DNA from: a virus
Reading direction: 5' to 3' (one strand)
IMG/VR virus record: IMGVR_UViG_3300045972_000071
Span: 23,618 to 87,617 of that record
DNA length: 64,000 nt
Shown here piece by piece: positions 44,479 to 55,173 of the stretch. The first letter of the stretch is position 1. Each line of letters begins with the position of its first letter. The translations under genes and the position numbers were made by a program. A model generated the notes under the pieces. It was not told the DNA's origin and made no database searches. It was given only the letters and a program-made list of their open reading frames with translations.

Positions 44479-47400
44479 TGGTTAGCTACCTGTCTCGCTT
44501 TTTGTTCCATAGTAGCAAGTCTGGATTCTTGTTTTTCGTTTATCTCAATCAACCTGTTGAAGCCTGCTTGCAATACTCTCACATTAGCAGCCAACTGTCG
44601 ATTAGTTTCCTTTTGCTCTGCAAGGGATTCTTTATTATCTGCTGAACCTGTAGTTGGAATACCATATTTTCTGAGAACATCCGAAGAGGCTCTATCCATG
44701 ATAATCTCGCCTTGATGAATCTGAGCAGTCATATCGTAAGGTACAGATGCTGTTCCTGTTGCGAAAGCCGGTAAAGGAAGCCCATCTTTTCCTTTAAAGC
44801 TAGAGTATTTGTAACTCCCTTGAGATATACCCCACCAATTCATAAAATCTGTAAAATCTATTTTACCATCACTATTTAAATCGTACCTTAAATCAGCAGG
44901 AATAAATCCTTGTTGCATTAAGCTGACTTTATCAAGTATACCACTCAATAAGGAAGAAACCATTGTAGTACCAAAAGTATATGAATGCTGTGGATTATTA
45001 CCTGTCCCCGCTAATACTTGCATTCGTGAATCTGTATCTGAGGTAGAAGGTGCTGTAGTAACTCCAGATAGTCCGGTTAATCCATTGGTTTGTCCTTTAG
45101 CTATTGTGCTATTTAGAGTTGCAACAGCGGCATCTGATTTTGTTTTGTAATCAGCTACAGAAAGTGTACCGGTTTTATACTGATCCAATAAAGAAGATAC
45201 AGTGGTTTGTGCTATAGTTTTTTGTGAGGTATAATCACTCACAATAGCTAAAGCATTTACAAAATTTAAAAGTCCGTCTTTGGTAGCTTTTGCTGATGCC
45301 GTTAATGCCTCATTAAACTTTATAAGGTTAGCTGATACAGAATCAGTAGGGTTATTCAAACCGTTACTTAATGCAGTAGTTACTAAACCTAATTGAGTTT
45401 CAATGGCTTTCTTACCATCTGCACCAGATATTGTTCCATTTACTACATCCTGAATTGTTTTCTGTTCCTTAGTAATAGCTATCTTTGCATCTGCGGCACT
45501 GATAGTTCCATCAATAACACCCTGGATAAGTTTCTTCTCTATATCAATGGCACTCTTTGCGGTAGCAGAATCTATGGATCCGTTTACTGCCGCCTGGACA
45601 ATCTTCTTCTCACCATCTATGTAATATTTAGCTGTTTCCGCATCAATCGAATTATCCAAAGCTAACTGAATAATATTTCTCTCTGTTGCTATGGCACTTA
45701 CCGCTGTAGAAGAATCAATGATACGGTTCAAGTTTGCACTGATAATACTCTTCTCATTGGCTATGGCGCTTGTTGCAGTAGCGGAGTCAATGGAACCATT
45801 TAAAGCGTTCTGAATAATATTTGCATTCTGGGCTATGTACGTGGATGCAAGAGTGCCGTTTATTGTACCATCTAAAGCCCCCTGAACCACTGTGTATGTA
45901 GTCTTTATAGAATCATTGGCAGAAGCTGAACTTATGGTGTTATCAAAGGCTAACTGCAATGCACCTATACTTGATTTCACTGCCTCTGCGGCGACACCAG
46001 TTAATTTAGGATCTTTCAAAGCATCCTGTAAATTAGTTATCTGTAGCTTGATTGCATCAGGAGTTGTACTAGGTGTGATGGGTGTATTTGTTACATCTAT
46101 CAATGCTTTTATGGATAATCCCAATGCCGAAGCGGCTGAACCTGTATCTATCTGCATTGCTTCCCATGTAACAGACAGTTGTTTCAACATAGCCTGATCA
46201 CCAGAAGTAATAGCCTTAGATATTTCATCCAACAAAACAAGCTGTTTATCTACAGCAGATAAATCACCAGTGGTGTTACTGAACTGATCTAACTTGGCTA
46301 TACCTGCGGCATAGTCCTTCTGATATGTTAGACTACTGGCATTATATGTCTTTGATGCCGTTATCAAGGCGTTGACACGTTCTACAACATTGGTCTTATC
46401 CGCAGTATCCATATTTGCTTTTGCGGTCTTGTACGCTGATTCGGTACTTGCTCCTGTTGCGGCTCCTGTCAATAATGTTTTCTTTGCATTCAATATGCTC
46501 TGAGTGAAACTTATTGAGTCGGTGAGTGCCGTTTTGCTCGCATCCAGTATCTTCTGCATTGCTTCTGAGACAGTAGAAGATGCCGTTTTCATTGCATCCG
46601 CCATTTCAAGCTCTTGAGCGATCTTCAAAGAAGTAATATCAAGACCAGCGGCGATTGCATCCTTCATTTCCGTTTGTTGTGTGATCTGCAAATCAATCAC
46701 ACTAGATAGATTCTTATATGCAGGATTAAGTTTTAAAATCCGCACTTGATAATCCATAGTCGATTGAGAAACCGCTTTCATCTGCTTTGTTACTTCTGCA
46801 AATGCTGGTCCTAATTCAATCAGTGTGGCAACAAGTTCTGGATTCGTCACTGTGTTGACAAGATTCCTGAACTCCTCATTAGTAGTTGGCATAATAAGGT
46901 TTGCATCTTCATACGTGTTATTTATCATCATCCATGTAACACGGACTTTATCCATTGATACTTTTGCTTTCAGAACCTGCTTCTCTGGGTCTGTAAACAT
47001 TGCAGTAGAATAAGCATCCATTGCTTTATTGAATTTATCAGTACCGCCGAATAACTGTTCCATCTTATATGCGGCATTAGCACCTTCTATACCAGTAAGT
47101 GTCATTGCTTTACCAATAAGATCATACTGACTCGTTACGTTGGCAATGGAGTCACTTAATCGGTTATACACTGCTGTTGCTGTCTCCGAAGAGTTTATTG
47201 CATAAGCGGCTATATTTGGAATAGCATCTGTGATGATTCTATTGGACATATCATTGAATGCATTTTCAATGTCCTTTGTGATATCTTCTATGGAACGCCC
47301 GGCTGTGTTTATCTTACCTGATGTATATGTGGAGTTCTTTGTCGCATTGTCAATTTGACTACCCACACCTAACATAGTACCACGCTGATTTAATCCAGCG

Positions 47401-50400
47401 GACATATTTCCATAATAACTATTTAAACTGTTTGTGAATGGATCAGAGGATTTAGACCAATCAGTTCTACTTTTATCAGAACTAAACCAACCGCCTTTCT
47501 TTTTCATGTCTACAAAATCTTGACTGGATATCTTACCATCTTTTAAGCCCATCTGAATACCTGAGTTCTCTCTAGTCCAACTACCAGAACCAAACATTGA
47601 TTGACCTAAACTATAAATAGCACCAACTACCGTACCAACTATTGCACCACCTATTGCGCCAGCTATTCCCCCACCAGCTCCCCAAGCGGCACCTATGGCA
47701 GCACCTTTTAACATGTTACCACCGTAGTTTACATCATTAACGGCAGTATTTTTTTGTGCAAACCTATTAGGGGCATCAATGGCTAGATTAGATCCAGCAC
47801 CCCCTGATTTGAATGAATCTGCTATCGTGAACAATGAATCAGATACGGACAGCATGGCGTGTGCGGCATTACCCATTGCGTCAGCTATCCGATTTAACTG
47901 AGAAGATGTTTGCTGATTGGCAATGCTTGTGTACGCAGATCCTGTGGATGTTCCTATATTATCTACTGGATTACTTCCAGAACTTGAACCAGCGCCTCCT
48001 GCTTGAAAAGAACCTGACGGTGCTTTAACTCCACTTCCACTATCCCCGAAAGAAGTGGATGCAATGAGTGCTATTTGAACAGCACCAAGTGCGGCTGCGG
48101 CTGCGGCCATAGCCCATCCAGCTGGACCAGGTATGGTTAATTGTGCCATAACCGCAGATGCCGTACTCATAATCGTGGCACCTATTTGCAGTGCCTTTGC
48201 AGTCTCAAATCCACTTCTACTGGTTTTATCTTGCATATTTGCTACATCCATAAGGGAGTTACCTATGAATGCGGCAGAATCACCAGCGAGTTTCATCTTA
48301 CCTTGTTCCATACCAGTATACTGATTCTTTGTCTTGTCGGTGTAATCCGCTTGTGCCATAGCGGATAATTTGGCAAAACTTGTGATCTTCGGGAATACCT
48401 GACCTGCTTGTGTCACTAAACGATCATACCCTGCTTTCTCTTGATCTTTCTGCAACTTGTTTATAGCCATTTCTTTATCTTTACCAGCTACCATTGTTTT
48501 CAATCGTAATTCCGATAGCTGTATTTCATACTCTGACCACTTACTTAAATTAGCCGCGGATGCTTGTTGCTTCTCAAGGATAGCGGCCTTCTCAAGTTCA
48601 ATCATCCTTAGCTTTTCTTCGTGGGCTTCTTTTATGATGGCCATTTCATTTGCAACAGGGTTAATGACTTCACCTGTAACAGCAGATGTACCTACCTTCT
48701 TTGCTTCATCAGTTAACCTTGTATTCTGCATTGTTGCTGTGGCAGTCTGCAAAGCAATGACTTCTTCCCTCTCTTTGCGTAAGGCTTTAACCTTTTCCCT
48801 ACTCAGAGTATCTTGGCGTCTACCTTCGTCGGCTCTGAATTTAGCAAGGATGGTTTCTGCCGCTAATAGTTCGGCAGAGGACTCCAGAATAGCCCCTTGG
48901 GATCCTTTCCCCTGAGCAAACTTGTCTACTTCTGTTTTAGCCGCTTCTTTCTTTTTATTTATTATTTGTTCCAGTATTACTATCTCTTTATCTGCTTCCT
49001 GTTTAGAATAAGATAGGAGAGAATCATACATACTCGCAGTGGTTATTTTTTGATCTTCATGGGCAATCTGTAATTGGGCTTTTTTCTCCGCCATTTGTGC
49101 TTTGAATATAGTAAGTTCCGAAGAACCTTTCTCTTTATCGAATATGCCTTGGCCTCTCTTTGTATCTGCTTCGGTCTTGTTCTTTATGACCTCTTCTGCT
49201 TGACGCTTATAACGAGCCCGCATCATTTCAGCGTCAGCACCTGTGGCTCCTGCACCGTCACGTAACTGGGCTTCTAATTCACGATTGACTTCTCCTATAG
49301 ATGCCTGCAATGCGTTCTGATACTTTTCCGACTGTATTACTTTAGCATTCCATCTGTCCCAACCATCAACAAGATGGTTAAATGCTTTATCTACATCCGA
49401 TAAACCCGTTGCAGTATCATCAAGTGGAGGCATCTTTGCAGAACCTGGAGCACCTGGTTCCATTAAACTTCTATTCAATGCACCCTTCTTGATTCTCTCT
49501 GCGGAAGATAAACTCTCTTTAGCCGCCGTGTTAGTAGAATCAATCTTCTTCTTTAAAGAGTCATAAGCATCACCAGTCATACCAACTGCGGTAGTCAATC
49601 CAGCACCTACAGCGTGATTTAGTTGATCTTGAAACCCTCTGGATTGTGCTAATAACTCTCCACCTCTTTTGACTTCTCGCAGATAAACAGCATAGTCATT
49701 GCCCATAGCAACAATGGCTTTGTCGTCTGTTGATACCGGAGATGCATTCCCAGTGCTTTTTTCTTCCCTTAATCGCCACTCTAATTCAAGTTTCTTTCTT
49801 GTAGCTTCATTTGTTGCTTCAATGGAATCAGCTAATTTCTTAGCATCTGCCACTTCTATTCCAGCTTGTTTCTTTGCTTTCTCTGCGGCATTACCGTATT
49901 TTTCCCACCACCAATAGCCAACCATTAATGCTAAAGTTATGGCTCCTAATGGTCCACCTACAAGATTTAGCGCACTGCTTAGAGCCACTTTCGCTGTAGT
50001 TAATGCACGGGTACTGAGTGATGTGGCATCAAGTGCCCTCTGATTCATCAGCAATGCTTCGGTATGTGCTACATTGCGTAAGTATGCCTGTTTAAGATGA
50101 TCGGCCTCGTTGAACAGTATTTGATTCCTGGCTAATTGTGCCCCAGAAACAAATCCAGTGTTTATTCCTTGTTTTACTAATGCGGCATTATATGCACCAG
50201 CGGCTGCGGCAGCCGAACCATCTGCCATCATAGATCCTAATTTTGCCGCATTCAATCTACGGACAGCCTCGGTCTGTAAATTTAAAGATGCGGTTTCTGC
50301 CTGACTCAATTCAATCTGATATGCATATTTTGAGGCGAAGTTTGCTTCCGCCGCGGCTAAACTTAACTTTGCTTGTTCAAGTTCTACTATGGCTATTCTC

Positions 50401-52115
50401 TCAATGGCTATTGACTCTGCATTGAACTGCCTACTTGCATTCATTGCATAGTTACGCTCATATTCAGCAGTTGCCCCCGCTAGGCGGGAAGCAGCCAATT
50501 CCTTCTCTTCCATAGCCATCATCACGTTAGCTCTTGCCCCCGCCATAAGCCCGTTGACACGTTCTTGTTCAGCAAGTCTGAATGCGTTGGAAGATTCAAT
50601 AGCCAACATGTCTGCTTCGGCTACTCTTAATGTAGATGCCGCTTTTTCCACATTAGCCGTTATTTGTTCTCTTGTTGTTACAACTCCAGCACCATACATG
50701 GCTGCTTTTTCTGCTTCTGCCATAGCAAGGAGTTGTGATTTTGTCAGAACATCGGCTTGTGTCTTTCCTAAGATTGCGAGAGCCTCTGCTTCTACAACGA
50801 TAGCTTTAGAGGCTCCCGATATAGATCCGTTAAATATAGAATGCGCCGCAGATGATAGTTTTACTGATGTGTACCACATGGTGAGCAGTAACACCATATT
50901 GATTAGTGCCTCAGAATGCTTTACCATTCCAGCAGTACCATCAAGAATTACACTACCTATATTTTTCAATCCAGCACTTATACTATCAATCATCTTTGCT
51001 ACTTCTGGTTTGATGGATAGTTTTTGTGTAGCAGAATCAACGTCAAATACAGCATTCCTGACTTTTATCCAAGCGCCATGCACTGCATTAGCAAGAACGT
51101 CGGCATTACCACGTAAATACTCATTCAGATTACTCACTATGCCAGATAGTTCAGCCACCACAGGAGTAAACGATTTTCTTTGTACAAGATTTATGGATGT
51201 TTCCAGTGATGTCTTAATTGCTGTCCACGTCTTATTAATATCACCAGAAGCCATGTTAATACCAGCTAAATACGGAGCCAGACGTTCAAGCAAATCACCA
51301 TGTTGTTTACCTAATGCAACAACATCCTTTAATCCTCCTTTATATAATCCTTGCGCCTTTATCTGCTCATTCAAAACTTTTGCTAAGGTAGAACCTTGAT
51401 TGATAGTTCCAGACATTAACGCCCGCATCTCTTGAAACATCTGTTTGTTCTGATCTTGTCCTGCGGTATATAAAGCAATAGCGTTGGATATTGCTGTAAA
51501 TGACTCTACCTGCTTCTTGTTATTAACGTCAAGAACTACGCCCTGAGCGGTCATAACTTGCAACATAGCCATCAAACCAGCATAGTTTGCAAGGGAGTTT
51601 TTATCTATCTCCATGAGTTTACGTGCGAGAACGTCTGCATACCTAGCACTTTCACTATATGCGGCTTGCATCTTTCCAGAATCGTTTGAATCAATCCTAT
51701 CACGGATAATAGCTATCTGTGTTAATCCTGCCGCTATTTGAATTACCGATATTTGAAATTCATCCACAGCAGTTATACCAGATTTTATGAAGGAAATAAA
51801 TCCACCTACGGCATCTCCTAAAGCGCGGAATACAAGAACGGTAGCCCCAATACGCAATATCCTATCACGGAGATTGTCGAATTGGCTACCTGTGGAAGCT
51901 AATGGAGAGCGTAAATCATTGAGTGCTTGCTTGACAGAACTCAATCCACTCATAGATGTATTGTTGAAGGATGTACTTCCAGATAACGCTTTCATAGCCG
52001 CAGAGGTCTTTGAAGCCTCTTGCTGTATGCGTAGCATGTTAGCAGTGATGGTTTGAGTTGCTGGTCCTGACCCATCATTAATGACTACATTTAACCCTGC
52101 GGCTGTATCTGCCAT
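44475..52115 (-). CDS. Tape measure protein (2546 aa)
   Basis: Very long, Ala-rich and helical, with hydrophobic segments and a C-terminal FATGT..VP.DM.AQIH.GE motif; directly after the tail chaperones. Confidence 0.93.
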   Translation of the reverse strand: MADTAAGLNVVINDGSGPATQTITANMLRIQQEASKTSAAMKALSGSTSFNNTSMSGLSSVKQALNDLRSPLASTGSQFDNLRDRILRIGATVLVFRALGDAVGGFISFIKSGITAVDEFQISVIQIAAGLTQIAIIRDRIDSNDSGKMQAAYSESARYADVLARKLMEIDKNSLANYAGLMAMLQVMTAQGVVLDVNNKKQVESFTAISNAIALYTAGQDQNKQMFQEMRALMSGTINQGSTLAKVLNEQIKAQGLYKGGLKDVVALGKQHGDLLERLAPYLAGINMASGDINKTWTAIKTSLETSINLVQRKSFTPVVAELSGIVSNLNEYLRGNADVLANAVHGAWIKVRNAVFDVDSATQKLSIKPEVAKMIDSISAGLKNIGSVILDGTAGMVKHSEALINMVLLLTMWYTSVKLSSAAHSIFNGSISGASKAIVVEAEALAILGKTQADVLTKSQLLAMAEAEKAAMYGAGVVTTREQITANVEKAASTLRVAEADMLAIESSNAFRLAEQERVNGLMAGARANVMMAMEEKELAASRLAGATAEYERNYAMNASRQFNAESIAIERIAIVELEQAKLSLAAAEANFASKYAYQIELSQAETASLNLQTEAVRRLNAAKLGSMMADGSAAAAAGAYNAALVKQGINTGFVSGAQLARNQILFNEADHLKQAYLRNVAHTEALLMNQRALDATSLSTRALTTAKVALSSALNLVGGPLGAITLALMVGYWWWEKYGNAAEKAKKQAGIEVADAKKLADSIEATNEATRKKLELEWRLREEKSTGNASPVSTDDKAIVAMGNDYAVYLREVKRGGELLAQSRGFQDQLNHAVGAGLTTAVGMTGDAYDSLKKKIDSTNTAAKESLSSAERIKKGALNRSLMEPGAPGSAKMPPLDDTATGLSDVDKAFNHLVDGWDRWNAKVIQSEKYQNALQASIGEVNRELEAQLRDGAGATGADAEMMRARYKRQAEEVIKNKTEADTKRGQGIFDKEKGSSELTIFKAQMAEKKAQLQIAHEDQKITTASMYDSLLSYSKQEADKEIVILEQIINKKKEAAKTEVDKFAQGKGSQGAILESSAELLAAETILAKFRADEGRRQDTLSREKVKALRKEREEVIALQTATATMQNTRLTDEAKKVGTSAVTGEVINPVANEMAIIKEAHEEKLRMIELEKAAILEKQQASAANLSKWSEYEIQLSELRLKTMVAGKDKEMAINKLQKDQEKAGYDRLVTQAGQVFPKITSFAKLSAMAQADYTDKTKNQYTGMEQGKMKLAGDSAAFIGNSLMDVANMQDKTSRSGFETAKALQIGATIMSTASAVMAQLTIPGPAGWAMAAAAAALGAVQIALIASTSFGDSGSGVKAPSGSFQAGGAGSSSGSNPVDNIGTSTGSAYTSIANQQTSSQLNRIADAMGNAAHAMLSVSDSLFTIADSFKSGGAGSNLAIDAPNRFAQKNTAVNDVNYGGNMLKGAAIGAAWGAGGGIAGAIGGAIVGTVVGAIYSLGQSMFGSGSWTRENSGIQMGLKDGKISSQDFVDMKKKGGWFSSDKSRTDWSKSSDPFTNSLNSYYGNMSAGLNQRGTMLGVGSQIDNATKNSTYTSGKINTAGRSIEDITKDIENAFNDMSNRIITDAIPNIAAYAINSSETATAVYNRLSDSIANVTSQYDLIGKAMTLTGIEGANAAYKMEQLFGGTDKFNKAMDAYSTAMFTDPEKQVLKAKVSMDKVRVTWMMINNTYEDANLIMPTTNEEFRNLVNTVTNPELVATLIELGPAFAEVTKQMKAVSQSTMDYQVRILKLNPAYKNLSSVIDLQITQQTEMKDAIAAGLDITSLKIAQELEMADAMKTASSTVSEAMQKILDASKTALTDSISFTQSILNAKKTLLTGAATGASTESAYKTAKANMDTADKTNVVERVNALITASKTYNASSLTYQKDYAAGIAKLDQFSNTTGDLSAVDKQLVLLDEISKAITSGDQAMLKQLSVTWEAMQIDTGSAASALGLSIKALIDVTNTPITPSTTPDAIKLQITNLQDALKDPKLTGVAAEAVKSSIGALQLAFDNTISSASANDSIKTTYTVVQGALDGTINGTLASTYIAQNANIIQNALNGSIDSATATSAIANEKSIISANLNRIIDSSTAVSAIATERNIIQLALDNSIDAETAKYYIDGEKKIVQAAVNGSIDSATAKSAIDIEKKLIQGVIDGTISAADAKIAITKEQKTIQDVVNGTISGADGKKAIETQLGLVTTALSNGLNNPTDSVSANLIKFNEALTASAKATKDGLLNFVNALAIVSDYTSQKTIAQTTVSSLLDQYKTGTLSVADYKTKSDAAVATLNSTIAKGQTNGLTGLSGVTTAPSTSDTDSRMQVLAGTGNNPQHSYTFGTTMVSSLLSGILDKVSLMQQGFIPADLRYDLNSDGKIDFTDFMNWWGISQGSYKYSSFKGKDGLPLPAFATGTASVPYDMTAQIHQGEIIMDRASSDVLRKYGIPTTGSADNKESLAEQKETNRQLAANVRVLQAGFNRLIEINEKQESRLATMEQKARQVANQ
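45400..45970 (-). repeat. About 8 degenerate 24-aa (72-nt) repeats in the tape measure
   Basis: IIQNALNGSIDSATATSAIA / IVQAAVNGSIDSATAKSAID / LIQGVIDGTISAADAKIAIT. Confidence 0.8.
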
Positions 52116-52459
52116 TATTTCACCTTTGATTTTTCATAGAAGTGTTCGGTATAGATACTATCCAATAGCCCTATCATCTGTAAGCAATCTCTCCTATCAT
52201 CAGGATCATCTACTTCATTCTCATTGAGCCATGTAAGTTTTGTGGGATATGGTATATCAGCAACACCTGATGCTGTGAACTGCCTGCTTCCAGATATCTC
52301 TTGAAAAGAGTTCCAATAATAAAGCTGAAATTGGTTTAGGACGGGGCGACTACGAAGGGCATGTGGTATATCCTCTTCTGTAGTCGCCCCCTCTGCTATC
52401 TCTTTCAAGAATTTTATTTGACTACCCCATTGCAGGTTCCATTTGAGATAGTCCGTTAA
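52115..52459 (-). CDS. Tail assembly chaperone, -1 frameshift extension (GT-like)
   Basis: Frame open from the slippery site (LTDYLKWNLQWG...) into the 52115-52408 ORF, which has no good start of its own. Confidence 0.8.
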   Translation of the reverse strand, partial: LTDYLKWNLQWGSQIKFLKEIAEGATTEEDIPHALRSRPVLNQFQLYYWNSFQEISGSRQFTASGVADIPYPTKLTWLNENEVDDPDDRRDCLQMIGLLDSIYTEHFYEKSKVK

Positions 52460-52926
52460 TTTTTTGCGTCAACTTCCTTCTGATCTTGACGGAACAGATT
52501 GAAATTCGTTGCCACTTTGATAACATCGGAGAACAAACGCTGTCCGAGGTTAAGACCAAGAGTGACGTTCTTCTCACCAAACATGAGAATATCACCGTTT
52601 TCATCATAGATACCAGGAACAAAGTTGTCATTTTCATCCTTAACTTCCCACTCAAGAATGACAGTAGCGGCATACACTTCTGCAAGGACCTTGTGGAACG
52701 CTTTGTCCGAGAAGCTGTCATTCCGAATCTGAGTTTCAAAAGGTTTCAGTTTCAGTTTCAGCATTTTCTCGTAGCGGGTGTTTTCTGTACCGGCGTAAGT
52801 TACCTTGATACGAACATCTTCATCTTCGTACCAGATACCAGCTTTGAGCAAAGAATCATCTGTGTGATACTTTGCATACGGGTTACGTTTTGCTTTTGGT
52901 TCGGTTACTGTGTTTGTCTCTTCCAT
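52456..52926 (-). CDS. Tail assembly chaperone (G-like)
   Basis: Between tail tube and tape measure; ends GCA AAA AAT TAA. Confidence 0.85.
   Translation of the reverse strand: MEETNTVTEPKAKRNPYAKYHTDDSLLKAGIWYEDEDVRIKVTYAGTENTRYEKMLKLKLKPFETQIRNDSFSDKAFHKVLAEVYAATVILEWEVKDENDNFVPGIYDENGDILMFGEKNVTLGLNLGQRLFSDVIKVATNFNLFRQDQKEVDAKN
52459..52465 (-). promoter_or_regulatory. Programmed -1 frameshift heptamer A AAA AAT
   Basis: X XXY YYZ pattern immediately before the stop; the -1 frame is open. Confidence 0.8.
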
Positions 52927-53022
52927 TTGGATTGTCTCCCTTTTAGTGTGATATCAGCAATGCTGATTGTTAAAACCGCTTTCTTAAACGAACAAAACCT
53001 ACTCTTAAAACGATTTGTTTTA

Positions 53023-53055
53023 GTGAGTGCATAGAACGACATACTATGCACTCAC
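53023..53055 (-). terminator. Hairpin after the major tail gene
   Basis: 12-bp stem GTGAGTGCATAG / CTATGCACTCAC; no U-tract on the minus strand. Confidence 0.55.
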
Positions 53056-53063
53056 CATTCAGG

Positions 53064-54620
53064 TTAACCGAAGTAATCAATCTGGATTGTCTTACCACCG
53101 TGCATACCAGTTACGTCAGGGTTTCCTTCAATTTCAAAGTCTGCCATAACGTCCTGCCCAGGTCCACCAGCAACGACTTTCGGGTTCATAATCGTAGCAT
53201 TGCAGAAGGTGATAACATAACCTTTTGTAGCTGATACGTTAGGAAGACCGTCAAGAGCATAGAAACTGATAGGACCAGCCTGCTCGTTGATATACTGATT
53301 GTACAGAGCGAAATCTTTGAAGTATGTGGACAGTGTACCAGTGATAAGCTGTTTTCCTGAACGCATACCAAGAGCAGAAGAAGAACCGATACCGTACTGT
53401 GCCGCGGCACCTTCTTTGTTCCACTTGACGCCGATCTTCTGTACGACACCGTTGATAGCAGAAGGAACACCGGCAGTTGCACCGTCAATTCCACGCCATA
53501 CAGTACCAATACCTTTGATCGAGTCAACAATCGTACCATTTGGTGCGGCAGTTGAAGCAGTGAGACCTGCGATAGCGGCTGTATCTGTTGTCTCCCGTTT
53601 GTTCAGGAATGCAAGGGTTCCTTTCAGATAGTCACCCACACCAACGTCAAGTGAACCACCAGTTGGGAAAGAACCAGCATAACGAAGATACAGTGCCGCG
53701 GCCATTTTCTTTTCAAACGTGAAGCTGTTGAAAACAATGTCATTGCGGAGATACTGACCTTCAATGCTTGTAGCACCACATGCGGCACCAGTCTCAACAG
53801 CAACAAGTGGTACCCATGAGAGCATATCCAACTGCAGGGTAGTGGCGTTTGTGATCGTTTTTACACGGGCAATACCACGATTTGTTGTACCAGTAGCAGT
53901 GTAAATCTTCACGAACTGACCAACAACGACAGCGTGGGTTGTGGTAAACAATGCGTCAGTCATAGCAAACTGAATCGTATTTGCAGATGCAATGGTTGTT
54001 ATAGCCATAGTCGCGGCAGCCGTTATTGCTGGAATCCATGTGCAATCTGCGAGTTTTATCTGGGTAGTAGAATCAACAGAGACAACACGGGCAACACCAC
54101 TTTGTGTCGGAGCACCTGCAGAACTGATTCTGATCTTCATACCAGCTACTACAGGAGCATGTGTAGACAAGAACAGAGCATCCGATGCTACCAACGTACA
54201 TGTACTACCACTGGCTGCTGAAATTTGCAGAGTTGCGGCACCAGATACAAAGGTTATTGGTGTGAATGTAGCAGTTGCGGCACCACCAGTAAAACCAGCG
54301 GCTCCGAATGAGCCAAGACCAGTTATGCTGAACGCACTACCCAACGAAGAGGCAATTAGATCGTTGTGTGTACCAGCGGATACAGAGAAGTTCAACGAAC
54401 CAGTTGATTCCTCTTTTGTTGTGATTGCGGCAGACGACTGACCAGTAGGGTCAATTTCTGCGGGACGTGTACGTGACTTAGAACCACTGAATCCTTCTGA
54501 ATCCAGTCGAAGCAGTTTAAGGGCACCTGTATTAGGTGTAACCCCCCACTGAGCCTCAGAGATGTATCCCATAACGAGATCATCTGTTCCAATAGCGGCT
54601 GCGTAGTCTGTTGTTGGCAT
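53064..54620 (-). CDS. Major tail (tube) protein with duplicated inserted domains
   Basis: E..WGVTP...LR, SFTFEK, ITGTLSTYF, GQDV; position before the chaperones. Confidence 0.88.
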   Translation of the reverse strand: MPTTDYAAAIGTDDLVMGYISEAQWGVTPNTGALKLLRLDSEGFSGSKSRTRPAEIDPTGQSSAAITTKEESTGSLNFSVSAGTHNDLIASSLGSAFSITGLGSFGAAGFTGGAATATFTPITFVSGAATLQISAASGSTCTLVASDALFLSTHAPVVAGMKIRISSAGAPTQSGVARVVSVDSTTQIKLADCTWIPAITAAATMAITTIASANTIQFAMTDALFTTTHAVVVGQFVKIYTATGTTNRGIARVKTITNATTLQLDMLSWVPLVAVETGAACGATSIEGQYLRNDIVFNSFTFEKKMAAALYLRYAGSFPTGGSLDVGVGDYLKGTLAFLNKRETTDTAAIAGLTASTAAPNGTIVDSIKGIGTVWRGIDGATAGVPSAINGVVQKIGVKWNKEGAAAQYGIGSSSALGMRSGKQLITGTLSTYFKDFALYNQYINEQAGPISFYALDGLPNVSATKGYVITFCNATIMNPKVVAGGPGQDVMADFEIEGNPDVTGMHGGKTIQIDYFG

Positions 54621-54635
54621 AACTTATTTCTCCTT

Positions 54636-54764
54636 TTATTTAGTTTCTTCTGCATCCGTGTAGTAAAAATTTCCATCTTTAAAATAGACAGACGGTTTGA
54701 CTTCCTCAGTAAGAACTTCCACTTCTGTTGGAACTTCTACCTCTGCAACTTCGGGCTTTGCCAT
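54636..54764 (-). CDS. 42-aa acidic protein MAKPEVAEVE...
   Basis: AAGGAGG RBS; fills the gap exactly. Confidence 0.6.
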   Translation of the reverse strand: MAKPEVAEVEVPTEVEVLTEEVKPSVYFKDGNFYYTDAEETK

Positions 54765-54774
54765 GATATCCTCC

Positions 54775-55173
54775 TTAGTGTCGTGTATCTATTTGAAAAG
54801 GGATAATTACATTTATTTGGTACCAACCAAAACCATCATTGCCTATATTCTTGACCGTAGCACTTTTGCATGTAACAGAAGTACCCGACCAAAAGCGAAA
54901 AGCATCAGCAACAATGTCTGCTTTCTTCATCAAAGTGATTCCACCTTGGCCCATTGGTGCAAACATCTGAATAACAAGATCACCAACAATACGGAATGTT
55001 TTAGTAGTTGAACCTATATCCATCGCATCTTCTCTATAAGCAATAGGATTAAATCGACACCAGTAATCCTTGGGTTTCGCAAATACTTCGTTTGGAAACT
55101 CAGTAGGAGGAGGAGTCCACGCTGTTTCATAACGCTTTCTCAACTCCGTATATAATGTTTGGTTTACGCCCAC
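54775..55173 (-). CDS. Tail terminator-like protein
   Basis: FPN..F..P...W.R...G...IQMFAP.G.G...WYQINV.IPF. Confidence 0.75.
   Translation of the reverse strand: MGVNQTLYTELRKRYETAWTPPPTEFPNEVFAKPKDYWCRFNPIAYREDAMDIGSTTKTFRIVGDLVIQMFAPMGQGGITLMKKADIVADAFRFWSGTSVTCKSATVKNIGNDGFGWYQINVIIPFQIDTRH

Noticed and set aside
50554-51399. 281-aa antisense ORF, and similar ones, in the tape measure
   Set aside because: In-register antisense shadows of an Ala-rich gene.
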